From positions 25,668,001-25,732,000 of the forward strand of contig OZ336886.1 in assembly GCA_965287045.1 (NCBI GenBank): DNA of 64,000 nucleotides. Reading direction: 5' to 3'. The DNA comes from Carcharhinus amblyrhynchos (taxonomy: Eukaryota). Each line of letters starts with the position of its first letter. The first letter of the stretch is position 1. The notes under the pieces were generated by a model. It made no database searches. It worked only from the letters and a program-made list of their open reading frames with translations, and had not been told where the DNA came from. Shown here piece after piece: positions 11,855 to 24,285 of the stretch. Position numbers and translations under genes: made by a program.

Positions 11855-14800
11855 TATGATAAGGCAAATATAAGGTACATATGAATTAACAAGCCAAATA
11901 TGTGTGAACATACATTGCACAATAGATGACAGATGCGACTAAAACAAATTCCACGAATTACTCAACAGTTCCACTCAGACATCAGTAGCAGCCAATATCA
12001 CTGAAACTCTCTGCCTCACAAGGAATTCCAGTCTTCACCTTTGAAGATCTTCCTTGGAATTCTCTCCGACAGTCGCTCCAACTTAGATGACTTTGAAATC
12101 CTGCAAGGTGGATCATTTTCAATCTTGTCTCACAAGATTCTGTTCCTCTGGATCCCAGAGTACTCCTTCAAGCACCAACTCACAAGCACAATTTCATCTC
12201 CTCAGCCACATCAAGCAGAACACAAATATTCCAAAGGGGTAACTTTGCCCCAGTCGCTCATATCACAGTGTCACTAGTCTTCAGTTGCCTTCTTGGTTCT
12301 TCAGGGATTCTCTTGAACCCGCTTCAATTGCCAGACACAGATGGCATCACCAACAGCCAACCTAACAGAGTTTCAATTGCACCTCTTGAGATTCTGTTCC
12401 CTTGGATTCCCAAGAATGCATTCAAACAGCAAATTACAGACTCAGCATCTGATCTTTTGTCACACTAAGCAGAATGTTATTGCTCCAAAGGGATACTCTA
12501 ACCCTACTGACCCACAGTGCTTTCCTGTTCAGAACTCATTTTTCTGTTCCTCTCCTTTTCCTTAACTTAACTGGGGCCTGTTTTTTCCCCTTGTCTCTAT
12601 CCCTCATCCGTGACTTTGTTTTGGGACGTCTCCCCATCCTTTCACTTCTCTTGGGGATCTCCTCAGACCCTTGCCTGAGACACAATTTCCCCCTCTCTTT
12701 ATATTCAATTGTGCTGGCCTGTCCTGAGCCCAAAGTACTTATAAATTGTAGCACTGTGCATGCATAGCCCACTCCCGGCACACAAATACACAAAGTCCAA
12801 GGTCTGTTAGGAGTTCCCAACCTCTGAATTCATCAGAGTAAGTAGAGCTTACATTCCCTTGGAAGAAAGAACGCTTCAGTACAGATAAATTTTTCATTTT
12901 GTTCTACAATTATACTTGCTGTATTATAGTTATGAAAGTTTAACCAAAGCAAAGGTCAATACACGTAATAAGTAGGAATAGGAGGATTTAAACATCAAAT
13001 AACTATCTTACTCAGAATCTGCCTTTTGTCCTGCACCCTTTCTTTAAACTTTAAATATAATACCAATAATTACATGATTTTTGGCTACAATCCCTGCATG
13101 ATCAACCAAAGGTATTGAAGATAAATTAAAATTTTCTTTAGAAACATCTTAGCCAGCTTGAACTCTGCTTTGAACTCTGAATTTCAATTTTGCTGGTGTG
13201 ACTGCAAACCAATACTCTAGCTGCCTTCCCCTCTTCACATATGGATGCATATTTGTCACACTATATGCAACAAGTGACTTCTGCATAGGTATTGCAACTT
13301 TAATACGGAAGAATATGAGGGGGTTTTCTTCGTTCTTTCTGTTAATGGAAACATGCCTCCAAAAGGTCTTTAAGTTTGCCAAGGGAACTGGGTGTGTCTG
13401 CTGACAATGAGCTTCAAAATTATCTTCCTCAATACTGCCTTCGTAACAGACTTTCTCTTTTCATTATTTTGATCAACAACTGATTAATATGTTTGCATGA
13501 AGGGAGTTTTGCTATCTGTACTCAAGTCAATTTTACTTTATTCACAATTTGTGCCAGAGCCTTCAGAACATATTCACACGCTTCCTATTGATGTTGCCAA
13601 ATTTGAATTATCATTTCCACTTTTTTTTATAATTTTATTTATATACTTGTTTCTTCTCTTATTTTCCAATTCGTTTTTAAGTTTTTCAGTTAGCTGCAAA
13701 ACCTTTATACAAGTTTAACAACTTTGCATGGACATTCGGGTACTTTTAAAATATGGTTACTGACCACTTTTCAATTCACTCATGAGCTCCTCAATCTTTC
13801 TCTTTTAATTTTCCTCATGTGCTTTTAATGTCTGGATCTGCTCTCACATATCAATGTTTCATCTTCCATGTTCTCCAGATCGTATCAGAGATCAACTGCC
13901 CTTTTCAAAATGCAGTTCCAACAGTTCATCAGTCTTGATTTTTAATTCTGCTTTCAACAAACTGTTCTGATTCATCACCAACATCTTCTCCTGGTCAAGG
14001 CATTTCTGCTGATACTTAGGGACTTCTGATGCTTGAAGTTCAACAAGTTTTACCTTAACATCTACCTTTGTTGAATTTGCTTCTACAAGTTTATCATTCA
14101 GACATTTCAAGTTCTCATTCAAGTGTTCTACTTCCTACCACCAACACTCAAATGCTCTCACTAGATCTTGTTTTTCATTAGCAAATTCATTTCTTGTGTG
14201 TGAAAGTTGGTCCTCAACACTAATCAGATTTTCCTTCAATTGCTCATTATTGGCAATATGCTTCTCATGTGTGGCCACAATAAGTTTTAGGAGTTTGACA
14301 AGATTAGCAGAATCGAACACTGGCTGCATCACAGTAACATGGTGATAACTATCTATGATAGCCAAATCAGTGTCCAGAAAAAAATTTACCCCTTCAATAG
14401 ATAAACTGGGAACAATTTCCACAGTAACAATTCCATTTACTCAGTCAAACTGTAAACTGACTTTATACAAGGGAACAAGTTCACTTCATCAAACTATCTG
14501 GAATACAAAATGCATCATCAACCACCATCAGTGACTTATCTGCCCGAATGTTTCTCAAAATATTGATTTGTTTACTTTATTTGACACAAGCATGAGCAAA
14601 CATTTCTCCCTTTGAGATAAAACTTCTAAAACCTGCATTGGCATGATTCACTTCAAGGGAGAATTATCTGGACTACCCTGAGTCATATCCTCCTTTCTAG
14701 GTCTGAGGGAATGTATTTCACTTGTACTATTGCTATGAGTTTATCACTTTTTTTTTATAAGCCTCTTTAAACATTTATAGGACTGTGACCAGTTTATCAT

Positions 14801-17242
14801 TAGATTTCCAACAACTGGCTTTGAGCTGCCCTACCTTATGACAAAAAAAATACCAGTTTCTTTGCATCCTTTTTATTCTCGACGTCATCATTTTTATTGA
14901 CTGGAAAAAGCTTCTGCCTTCTGCATAAAGTTAGACTGTTTTCTATTGCCCCAGTTTCCCCAAGGATTTAAAACTGGAGATCTACTGCCCACGAGTTGCC
15001 TCTATGATTTATCATATCCATCAGCCAAAACTACTGCCTCTCCTATCCTAGAAAACTTATGGTATTCCAGGTATGACCCATAGTACTATTTTGAAATTCT
15101 TCCAGAGTTTGCACCCTTAAATTCCAAATGTTTGTTCTGAGTTCTGTGATTGAAAACACATCATTTCTTTCTCCCTGGAAAATACTATAAATGTCTCACT
15201 CAATCTTTTCTTTGAAGATCAAAATTCCAATTGATATGCTGCAGAGACCAACCCGTAAGCAGTAAGTACAGCAGTTTAACTACTTCATAATCGGAAAATC
15301 TTTCTTCTGAAAGGCAAGAATACATAGTCATAGCCTGATCAACCAAAACATTTTAGAAAATGAGAGTCCTTGTGTCCTTTGGCTATTTTAGCTTTGCAGC
15401 AACATTTTCAAATGAGATAAAATATCTCAACTCCATATTCCATGAATTTACACAATAAGCAAAGGCTCTTTATAATATCAAAGCTCGGAATAGGACTCAT
15501 TTCCTCACCTGAACTACTCCACTCCCTTTCATCCAGTAATCCTAATATTTTCTCTAGCCAGTTCAGCTATCTAATTTCTTTCTCTCTTGGGAGCTTTCGA
15601 TCTTTTTTCTTACATCTTTCCTCCCTCAGTGACTTTTCTCTCTGCAGTTCGAGCTCTTTCATTATTTTTCCATCTTAAGTTGCTTTATCTGCAACTGAGT
15701 TCCAATGCGAGATGCCGTACTATTACCTCAGTTACATCTGCTTTCATAGCTCCTGCTTTTAACTCTAATTCAACATTTATGCAATTAACCTAGCCTAGGT
15801 TAGTTGTTTGAAATAATTCAAAAATAAATCTTCCCTCTTCAGAGAAGTTACAGCAATTAACAAAGCAATTCTGATTTTCAATTGGTGTAGCAAAATTCAA
15901 CATGGAAATCCTATCAAACTTAACCTCAGCAAATATCAGCACTTATATTTATCCATGCATTTGGAATCCAACGAGATCTTCCTCCAATTTATGTTATGAA
16001 CCTTGGCCAGACCCCCACGTCTTCGGTAAGATTTGGCCTGGGACCACTGAAGTTTTGTTTAAAGTAGACAAACTCTTAGATTCAATACAATTGCTTAGCA
16101 AAAAGAGTCACAAGATTCCAAGTGTTTTGAGCAAATAAAAATGAGCTTTACTATACAAGGTCAGAGCAACAAAGCAATTTACAATATAATATTCAAAGCT
16201 AATATGGGTTACGTATGAATCAACAGGAAAACTGTGGTTGAACACACCACACTGCACAACAAATGACAGATGCAACTAAAACAGATTCCACAGGTTTCTC
16301 AACAACTCATCCAAATACTGGTAAAACTGGGTCAATCGATCTCACTAAAATCCATGTCTTTCACAAGGGGTTAAAATCTTCACCTTTGAAGATCTCACCT
16401 TGGAATTCTCCCCAACAGTCACTCCAACTCAGACAGCTTCAACAAAAGCCCACCTTGCAGTGTTTCAATCTTGTCTAGTGAGGTTCTGTTCCTTTACGTT
16501 TCTGAGTACTCACCAAAGCACCAAATTATAAACAAAATTCAGCTCTTCGGCACAGTGGGCAGAACACTGCTCCTCCAATGACTTACAGCATATAGTCACC
16601 AAACTTGATCTGTCTTCTCAGATATTTAAGATTATTTGTGAGCCCTCTTCAATTAGTAAACTTGGACATCACCAACAATAGTCTATCTTTCAGGGTTTCA
16701 GTTTTGTCACCTGCAGTTTTGTTCACCTGAATGTCCAAGTATGCGCTCAAACACCAAATTACACAAACTTCAGATCTTTGGCTGCGCCATGCAGTACACT
16801 ACTGCCCTACAGTGGTACCCTTGTACCAAAGGCCAGCAGCCCTTTTCTTATTTGGAGCTTGTTTCTTTGCCCCTCTCTTTTTCCTCAACTTAAATTGGAT
16901 GCTGCTTCTGTTCACCTGTCTTCTACTTGGGGCTTTTTTTGGGAGATTTCTCCCAGTCCTCTTTCTCCTTTTTTGGACTTCTCAGTCTCCTCTTCCTGCC
17001 CTGCCTGGGACCCAAATTTTTCAAGGCACTCCACTTCCCATCACCTTACCCAGATTCTCATATCTTTATTTCACTTACCGTAAGCGCATAGACGCTGAGC
17101 CTTTTCTGGGCACAGAGAACTTATGAATTGCAGAACTGTGCATCCCGTTCCCAGCTTGCGCATACTTAAAAAGTCCAAGATCTGTTAGAAGTTGAAGTTT
17201 CCAACTTCAAAGCACAATAGGGTAAGTATAGCTTTCATAACA
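11855..17242 (-). mobile_element. Non-autonomous Gmr1/Gypsy-like LTR retroelement (gag-protease plus TPR-like cargo)
   Basis: Diverged direct repeats ~11855-12853 and 15992-17242; the latter is bounded by TGTTATGAA...TTCATAACA. Degenerate PBS next to 15991 and PPT-like tract near 12855-12870. Gag capsid/SCAN-like motif (YFISFENVAAKLK.PKD...AVLTAYGLV), zinc-knuckle relic (CHKVGQLKASCW, ~14810-14850) and protease relic (ILRNIRA for ILRDTGA). Confidence 0.82.
13540..14280 (-). pseudogene. TPR: Intronless TPR (nuclear basket nucleoporin) N-terminal coiled-coil copy inside the LTR element
   Basis: EKQDLVRAFECWW*EVEHLNENLKCLNDKLVEANSTKVDVKVKLVELQASEV.KYQQKCLDQEK...LKAELKIKTDELLELHFEKG, then NVHAKLLNLYK and LENKRRNKYINKIIKKVE. 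These align by eye with recalled human TPR segments [52 protein letters not shown]...ELKTKTDELLALGREKG, NAHIKLSNLYK and LENKRINKYLDEIVKEVE. Stops, frameshifts and an internal deletion are present. Confidence 0.85.
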
Positions 17243-17560
17243 GTAATATTTCCAAATTTGTTTATGACACACAACCAGAATGCGAGTTCTCAGAAACTTT
17301 CAAGGGGATTTAGATAGATTAAGTGAATGGACAGGAATGGACAAGAAATTATCCAGTTGAGGAGGATAACCAGAAATGCAGTGTATTTTTTAAATGGTGA
17401 AAGAATGGGAAGTGATGCTCAAAGGGACATGAGTGTCTTGTTCATAAGTCACAAAGTTAAAATGCAAATAAGGAAGGCAAATTGTACAGTGCTATTTATT
17501 GCAAGGGGATTTGAATAAAAGGAGGAAAGTCTTGTTGCAGTTGTTTTGAGCCTTGGTGAG
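17243..17560 (+). mobile_element. Old CR1 RT fragment
   Basis: NISKFVYDT...QGDLDRLSEW...QRDMSVL...IRKAN..LFIARGFE. Confidence 0.75.
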
Positions 17561-18439
17561 TAAAATTCAGCACGAAAATCTTAGCAAACTTAACCTCAGC
17601 AAATATCAGCACTCATATTTATCCATACATTTGGAATCCTGAGATTCACAAGCCTAAAACCTTTGCCAGGTGCCAAAAATTAAATACTGCAGAGGGTCTA
17701 GAGGAGTATATTATATGTAGGGGTGAAGCTACATGGATATTTTGAAAGCAAATAGAGGGTATGAAAAAATATTTGGAAAAATACCCAAAGAAAATCCGAG
17801 GATGAATTATAAATACAAAAAGAGCAAGTGAATAAACTAAGAAAGGAGAAGGACCTATTACAACCAGAATGGAAACCTGCCCCTATCTCAGAAGTCTGAT
17901 ATCGTTTGCATTGAACAACATTCATGTGAACTCAATTGATATTGGTGACACTCAAAAGCAATCATTTAGCTATCATTTATCATCCATTGCACTCAAAGTA
18001 ATGATTTAGCTATTATGTGATATCAATTACACTTAAAAGTAATCATTTAGTGAATATTTGACATTGGTTTTAAGTGCAAACAATAATTTTGGTTATCAAA
18101 CTGTACAAGTACCATAAGCATCAACTGTCACAAACCATAGTGCTTAAACATTCGCAGTTAAATCACTTAAGCATTTGGACACCAAAAACAATCATAAAGT
18201 TTATTTTCCCTATTTCTGAGTTCATAAAGATTCATACACCACAAAACTGAGATAACTTTAGAAGATGCACTCATTTTTGATGAATTTTCTTTGTGTCGTT
18301 CTTTGTAACCTTTACTCATGCACTTGCTCTATTTACTCTTCACACTGTAGCCCTCTCTAAGCATAATAGAAACACATTTGGAATTGAACCAACCCCGATG
18401 CATACAAACATTTGTCCAACATGAATCTAACTACAGATT

Positions 18440-18790
18440 TTACACTTCTGGTCACTGCATTATAGAAAGGATGTAATGATACAAGAGGGCACAGAGGAGA
18501 TTTACAAGGATGTTGCCAAGGCTGAAAGATATTAGCTGTCTGCTCAGGTTGTTTTCACTGGGACAGGCAAAACTGAGGAAAAACTTAATTGGAATGCATA
18601 TAATAAAATTTGATAAAGAATGGGTAAGAAGGGCCTGCTTCACTTAGCAACAAGTTCAATAGAAAAATTAGAAAAGAATGGAGGAGGGTTTTTACAAATT
18701 CCATAACCTACAAGAGTTGGAAGTGGGATTAGGTTGGGTGGCTCTTTCTTGGTCCAATGGCCATTTTGTCATGTAGATTTTTATTATTCT
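18440..18790 (+). mobile_element. Old CR1 3' fragment
   Basis: Similar to the CR1 ORF2 end (gcacagaggagatttacaaggatgttgcc) and 3' UTR. Confidence 0.65.
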
Positions 18791-20582
18791 AAAACTGAAC
18801 ACTTTTAAGTGTTCCTTAAGTGCTAACATGATAGCCAGGTGTCTAGTTTCAAGAAATTTGCTGCTTTAGATTGTCCAGGTCCTTTGGAGAAATCACAGTT
18901 GAAAGCAAGTCAGTGTCTCACTGTAATCTGATAATTGAGCAACAGTCATTTAAGAATTCTGCTGACAGTGCCCAAAAGACATGCTGTGTAAGCATTATTA
19001 CAGGAGATTGTTTGGCTGGGATAAATTATTTAGTACTTCAAGGTAGAGGCTGTGAAATATTTACTTCTCCTTTCCGTTGCAAAGGATATCAACATAGAAA
19101 ACAGCAAAATTTCTACAATGGCCAAATATCAAATTTATTTGAGAAGCAAGGAAATTGTAATGAGTGAAAATATGTTGAGATAGAGAGATTAATAGATGGT
19201 TCGGAAGAGCAAGGAAAATTAGGCAAGATACAACCATGTATATGACTTGCCTGTACCTGAATTACATTGATTGCTTCAGCCAGATATTTGCTTTATGTCC
19301 CAATAACATGCGTTTTTGAGCATAAATATACAAGAAATTCGACCCCTATTTTTGATATCAACGAGTTTGGAAAACGATAGAGAATGGAACCATAAAAGCG
19401 GAACAGAATTGACTTGTGACTAATGCTACAAAGCATAAGAGGAAAATACAACAATGGTGTTGCACTAAAATTAAGATTTGACAACAATATTCATAAAAGT
19501 GTCAGATGATTTAGAGGAAAGTCAAAAAAGGGAGCTGAGGTACAGATCATCAAAGATCTAAGTTAATGTCAAAACAGCTCAAATAACTTAGCCTAATCCT
19601 GTTCCTAATTTTTCTCTTATATTCCATTGCTCATAAAATACCGTCAACTGCAATTCAGAGAGCAATTAATTGTGCTAAATGTTCTGAAATAATTTGGCGT
19701 AGAAAATACCAGGTTAAGTACATGTATTGTTTATCATATAAACATGGAAATTTTGTACACTGCACTAAGTACATAACAGCCTATGTTTAAAATACATGAG
19801 GCACTGTGGGCATTCATTACAGCAAATACATATTTAAAAATTTCAATGTTTCTCTGCTAAACATGCAGTTTTTATTTTTAATTTTCCATGAACATCTAGT
19901 TATTTCCTGCGGTCACAACATAAATCACTGTTCCATCAACCCACTGATAAATTCCTATGTTCACTATGCTAATTAATTCTATATACAAAAGAAATGCATC
20001 TATAATATATTTGCCATTTAACTAACAAGAATCAAAGTTAACACTTTTCTATGTAACTTCCAGAGCACTTCTGCTTAGCATATAGTTCTGTTGGCAAGTA
20101 GAATGAATTGACAAACTGAAGCACTTACTGAAACACACCTTTCAGCAAAAATATTTTACGGGCAAAACAAAATCATAAATCATGTAAAGAACATTAGTAA
20201 AGTATTCTTTAGAGCTCATATTTAAAGGGCTTGTTAAAACTGAGAAATATATAACTGCCAAATACAGTGGTAATGAAAGAGTTTATATTCTGAAATTTTA
20301 CAGCAGACTAGTTCTAAAAGATACAAACATTTGGAATGAATCTGTTTCTAGGTAAAGGTTTATTAGGAAATACTGGCCTGGATAGGTTGGCTGAATGTAT
20401 AAAAACTGCTGTAACATTTCTACATTGAAGCATTAGTTCAGATTATGCTACATTACATCACAGAAAATCAACAGGACAGTATTCTCCCACGTTCCAAGTT
20501 AATAATAGCAAAATACAACAGGTAACATCATGATCATATAGATGGTAACAATGATGTTTCCTGTTTCACATACATAGAATGC

Positions 20583-20742
20583 TATGGAGATATTATGTTG
20601 GACTGGGGTGGGCACAGTAATAAGTCTCACAATATCAAGTTAAAGTCCAACAGGTTTATTTGGCACCAAGAGCTTTTGGAGCACTGCTCCTTCATCAGGT
20701 GACTCATCAGGACTTTAACCTGGTGTTGTGAGACTTCTTACT
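20583..20742 (-). mobile_element. Mini Penelope-like insertion with inverted pLTR arms and 13-bp TSD
   Basis: Inverted arms 20616-20648 and 20710-20742. Flanking direct repeat ATACATAGAATGC at 20570-20582 and 20743-20755. Sequence is shared with the 3' end of the Penelope element at 21610. Confidence 0.85.
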
Positions 20743-20779
20743 ATACATAGAATGCAGCAGTTAGTGGGAGTGCAGTCAG

Positions 20780-21605
20780 CTTGTTGCCTGCAGTTTTTCT
20801 TTTCCGCATGTACCGAGATTACCAACTTAGACAATAGCTTCCATAATTGCTAAATGTAATTCTCGGAGCCCTCTGTTGAATTTTGTTAGGGGGCAGTCTT
20901 CAATGGTGTGAGTCACTGACTGTGGTACACCACACTGCAGTTAGAGTTTCCAGCAATTTGCTGCACGATCTTAGCGCAGAAACAGCTGAGATGTGCCAGA
21001 TGGAGAGTCAGTTGCAGGTTGAAGCTGACTGTGGGATCTGTGATCAAAGAGTGGTTTCTGTTGATGACATGTTGGTTCCGTTCCTGCTGCACAGGGCCTC
21101 TGCTGTTCTTCCTTGGCACGGTGGTCTTAGTCATAAAGACTAGCGTGGTGGGAGGAGAGCAGCAGGTACATTGGTAAGGTCATTGTGTAGTAGCAGGCTT
21201 GACTTGATGTAAACCTTCTCCAGGACCTTTCTTGTTGCAACCTTTGTCCTTATGTGAGGGGGCAAGATGTTGCTCGGGACTGGGAGTCAATGGAGTTGAG
21301 TTGATTGGAAAGTACTTGAGATGATATGCATTGCTATTTTGAGCTGGTATCTACAAGCCTGATATGGGATGAGTTGTACCATACTGGTGCACAGTACTCT
21401 ACAATCAATGCAGAGTTATAAGATAATGGCAAGAGCTGAGGTCCTTAAAGTTTGAGCACCCATGAAGAGTCAACAAGTCTGCTCAAGAGGCTGTTTAATG
21501 TTTTAATCTTTGTTGCTCTCTTGCTCAGATTTTTTTTGTATGTCAATTTTCGGTGAAAGGGAATGTCAAGATAAACAGGATGTCGTTTGTGACTTATTCT
21601 CTTGA
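20780..21605 (-). mobile_element. Old non-LTR LINE (RTEX/RTE-like) 3' part; continues at ~22345-22520
   Basis: HPVYLDIPFHRKLTYKKNLSKRATKIKTLNSLLSRLVDSSW...VEYCAP.W resembles the RTEX-type post-RT region. Confidence 0.7.
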
Positions 21606-21609
21606 TGAG

Positions 21610-22340
21610 GACTGGGGTAAGCACAGTAAAACGTCTCACAACATCAGGTTAAAGTCCAACAGGTTTATTTGGTAGCACAAGCTTTCGGAGTGTCGCCCCC
21701 TTCTTCAGGTGAGCGAGGAGTTGTGTTCACAAATAGGGCATATATAGACTCAAGCTCAATTTACAAAATAATGGTTGGAATGCAAGTCTATTGGTAATCA
21801 AGTCTTAAAGCTACAGACAATGTAAGTGTAGAGAGGATTAAGCACAGGTTAAAGAAGTGTGTATTGTCTCCAGCCAGTTTGTGAGATTTTGCAAGCCCAG
21901 GCAAATTGTGGTGGTTGCAGATAGCATGACATTAATCCAAGATCCTGGCTGAAGCCATCCTCATGTGTGCGGAACTTGGCTATCAGTTTCTGCTCAGCAA
22001 TTCTGCGTTGTTATGAAGGCTGCCTTGGAGAACGCTTACCCGGAGATCAGAGGCTGAATGCTGACGTGTTCCCCAATAGGAAGAGAACACGCCTGCCTGG
22101 TGATTGTCAAGCAATGTTCATTCATCTGTTGTTGTAGCTTCTGCATGGTCTCCCCAGTGTCCTTGGGGCATCCTTTCCTGCAGTGTATCAGGTAGACAAC
22201 ACTGGCCGAGTCTCAAGGATATGTACTGTGTACCTGGTAGATGGTGTTCTCACGCGAGATGATGGCATCCGTGTCATTGATCTGGCACGTCTTGCAGAGG
22301 TTACTGTGGCAGGGATGTGTGGTGTTGTGGTGCAAAAAGC
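21610..22340 (-). mobile_element. Penelope-like element 3' portion (GIY-YIG endonuclease plus pLTR)
   Basis: NLCKTCQI...VVYLIHCRKGC...GETMQKLQQQMNEH...RIAEQKLIAKFRTHEDGFSQDLG, followed by the pLTR. Confidence 0.9.
21676..21711 (-). ncRNA. Minimal type I hammerhead ribozyme motif in the Penelope pLTR
   Basis: Minus strand reads CAC-CUGAAGA-A-GGGG GCGACA CUCC-GAAA-GCUU-GUG: both core boxes, stem I CAC/GUG, stem II and a palindromic AGCU stem III. Confidence 0.65.
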
Positions 22341-22549
22341 GTCGGTCAACCTTGGACCAATATTATTTATCAGTGCCACCTGTGGAAGGGTCTGTCACTC
22401 ACAAATTGGCCTCCAAACTGCAACAGAAGATGCTCAATACGAAAGTGACATACATTCTGAGTGCAGCCCATCATCTCTCTAGATAGATGGATGCCTAATT
22501 AGCTGACTAATCAATGGCAAGCTTTTCCTTACACTATCAAAACAAATCA

Positions 22550-23020
22550 CACAACTGGAAAGAGTGCAAAGAAAATTTAGGAGGATTGTTGCTAGGACTA
22601 GTGGCCTGAGTTATAGGGAGTGGATGGTCAGACTAGGGTTTTATTCCTTGGAACATAGGAGAATGAAGTGTATAAAATCATCAGGGCTATAAATAGGATG
22701 AACACACACAGTCTTCTTCCCAGGGTAGGGGAATTGAAAACTAGAGGGCATAGGTTTAAGGTGAGGGGGGAAGAATTTTAAAGGGGACCTGAGGGGAAAC
22801 TTTTTCACATAGAGGGCGGTGTGTATATGGATTGAGCTGCCAAAAAAAGTGGTTGAGGCATGTTCAATAACAACATTTAAAATGCGTTTAGATAAGTACA
22901 TGGATGGGAAAAGATTAGAGGGATATGGGCAAAACATGGGCACTTGGGACTAGCTGGGAGGGCATCATGGACCAATTGGGCTGAAGGGCCTTTTCCCATG
23001 CCATACTGCTCTATGATTCC
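22550..23020 (+). mobile_element. CR1 LINE 3' fragment
   Basis: LERVQRKF...TRGHRFKVRGEEF.RDLRGNFFT plus a CR1-type 3' UTR. Confidence 0.85.
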
Positions 23021-23944
23021 AAATTTTGAATACCTCTATCACAATGCCTCTTAATCTTCACTGTTTACTAAAAACACTGCAACTTTTTTCTGCTGTTTTG
23101 TTAAATAAGCCTCATTATTATTATCTTACTCAATCACGTTTAGGCCTTTCCAAGGTCTTAACATACTTGAAGTAAGGCACCTGAAACTGAAAACTAGTAT
23201 AACTGGCCTAATCAAAAATTTGCACAGAACATTTCTGAAAGGACAAATATGTTGTTGACGTTTTATGTCTTGCACTATGTTTCCCTGTGGCTTTCTCCAC
23301 AATATTTTAACTAATCAGAATTGATTTGTCAACCAATCAATACTTTTTCTTCCTGTAGAATAAATTATGATCATTTGAAAATTGACATTTTTACTTTTAT
23401 CCTAATAAGTGGGAGACAAAAAGCTTCAGCCACATGTTTCTCCTTTCAGCAATACTCAAGTTCTGTACTACCAAGTGACAAGTGCAAATTTGATATAGTC
23501 TCTTGAATTTATATTCTTGGTTCCCATTTATAGCATTCAGGATCTCATATTTTATTTGACACCAGCCTCATCAACTCATCTTCCAACTTCAAAAATTTGT
23601 ACGTCTAAACCTTGAAAAATCATGTTGCACTTCTACTCTTTTTCAGGTTTTACCATTTGTTGTATGCATCCTATTCTTTCTTCCAAGACCTATTACCTCA
23701 CACTGCACAACACTGAATTTAAGTCTAAGTTCGCTTGCGATTGCTTGCAGTAATTTTTAAAGTTAATCAGGAAGCACTAACCCCCAGTAACTTCTCTGTC
23801 CTCTGTAAATTTTAATACATTTGCTCATACTAGAGTCAAGAACATTTCTATGTATTCATAACAATATGTGTAACATTGATCTGAGTGTAGTGGGGAAGAA
23901 ATCACTGCCGTTATGTATAAAAACGTTCATTCACGTGCAAAGAA

Positions 23945-24285
23945 GGCGAGGCATTATCTTAGTGGTATTTTTGCTAGATTATTAATCCAGAAACTCAGCT
24001 AATGTTCTGGGGACCTGGGTTTGAGTCCCACTATGGCAAATGGTAAAGTTTGAATTCAATAAAAATGTCTGGAATTAAGATCATGAAATCATTGTCATTT
24101 GTCGGAAAACCCCATCTGGTTTAGTAATGTCCTTTGGAGAACGAAATCTGCCTCATTTACCTGGTCTGGCCTACATGTGACTCCAGAACCACAGTAATGT
24201 GGTTGACTCTCAACTGCTCTCTGAACAAGGGCAACTAGGGATGGGCAATAAATGCTGGTCCGCGCCCCATGAATTAATAAATAAA
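23945..24285 (+). mobile_element. tRNA-derived SINE (same family as 37050-37350 and 55985-56315)
   Basis: A/B-box-like head (gggtttgagtccc) and a shared body (tttgaattcaataaaaa..tctggaatt) in three copies. Confidence 0.8.

Noticed and set aside
16731-17126. Hydrophobic ORFs resembling a membrane or env protein
   Set aside because: They lie within the pyrimidine-rich LTR, antisense to the element, and are not conserved in the other LTR.
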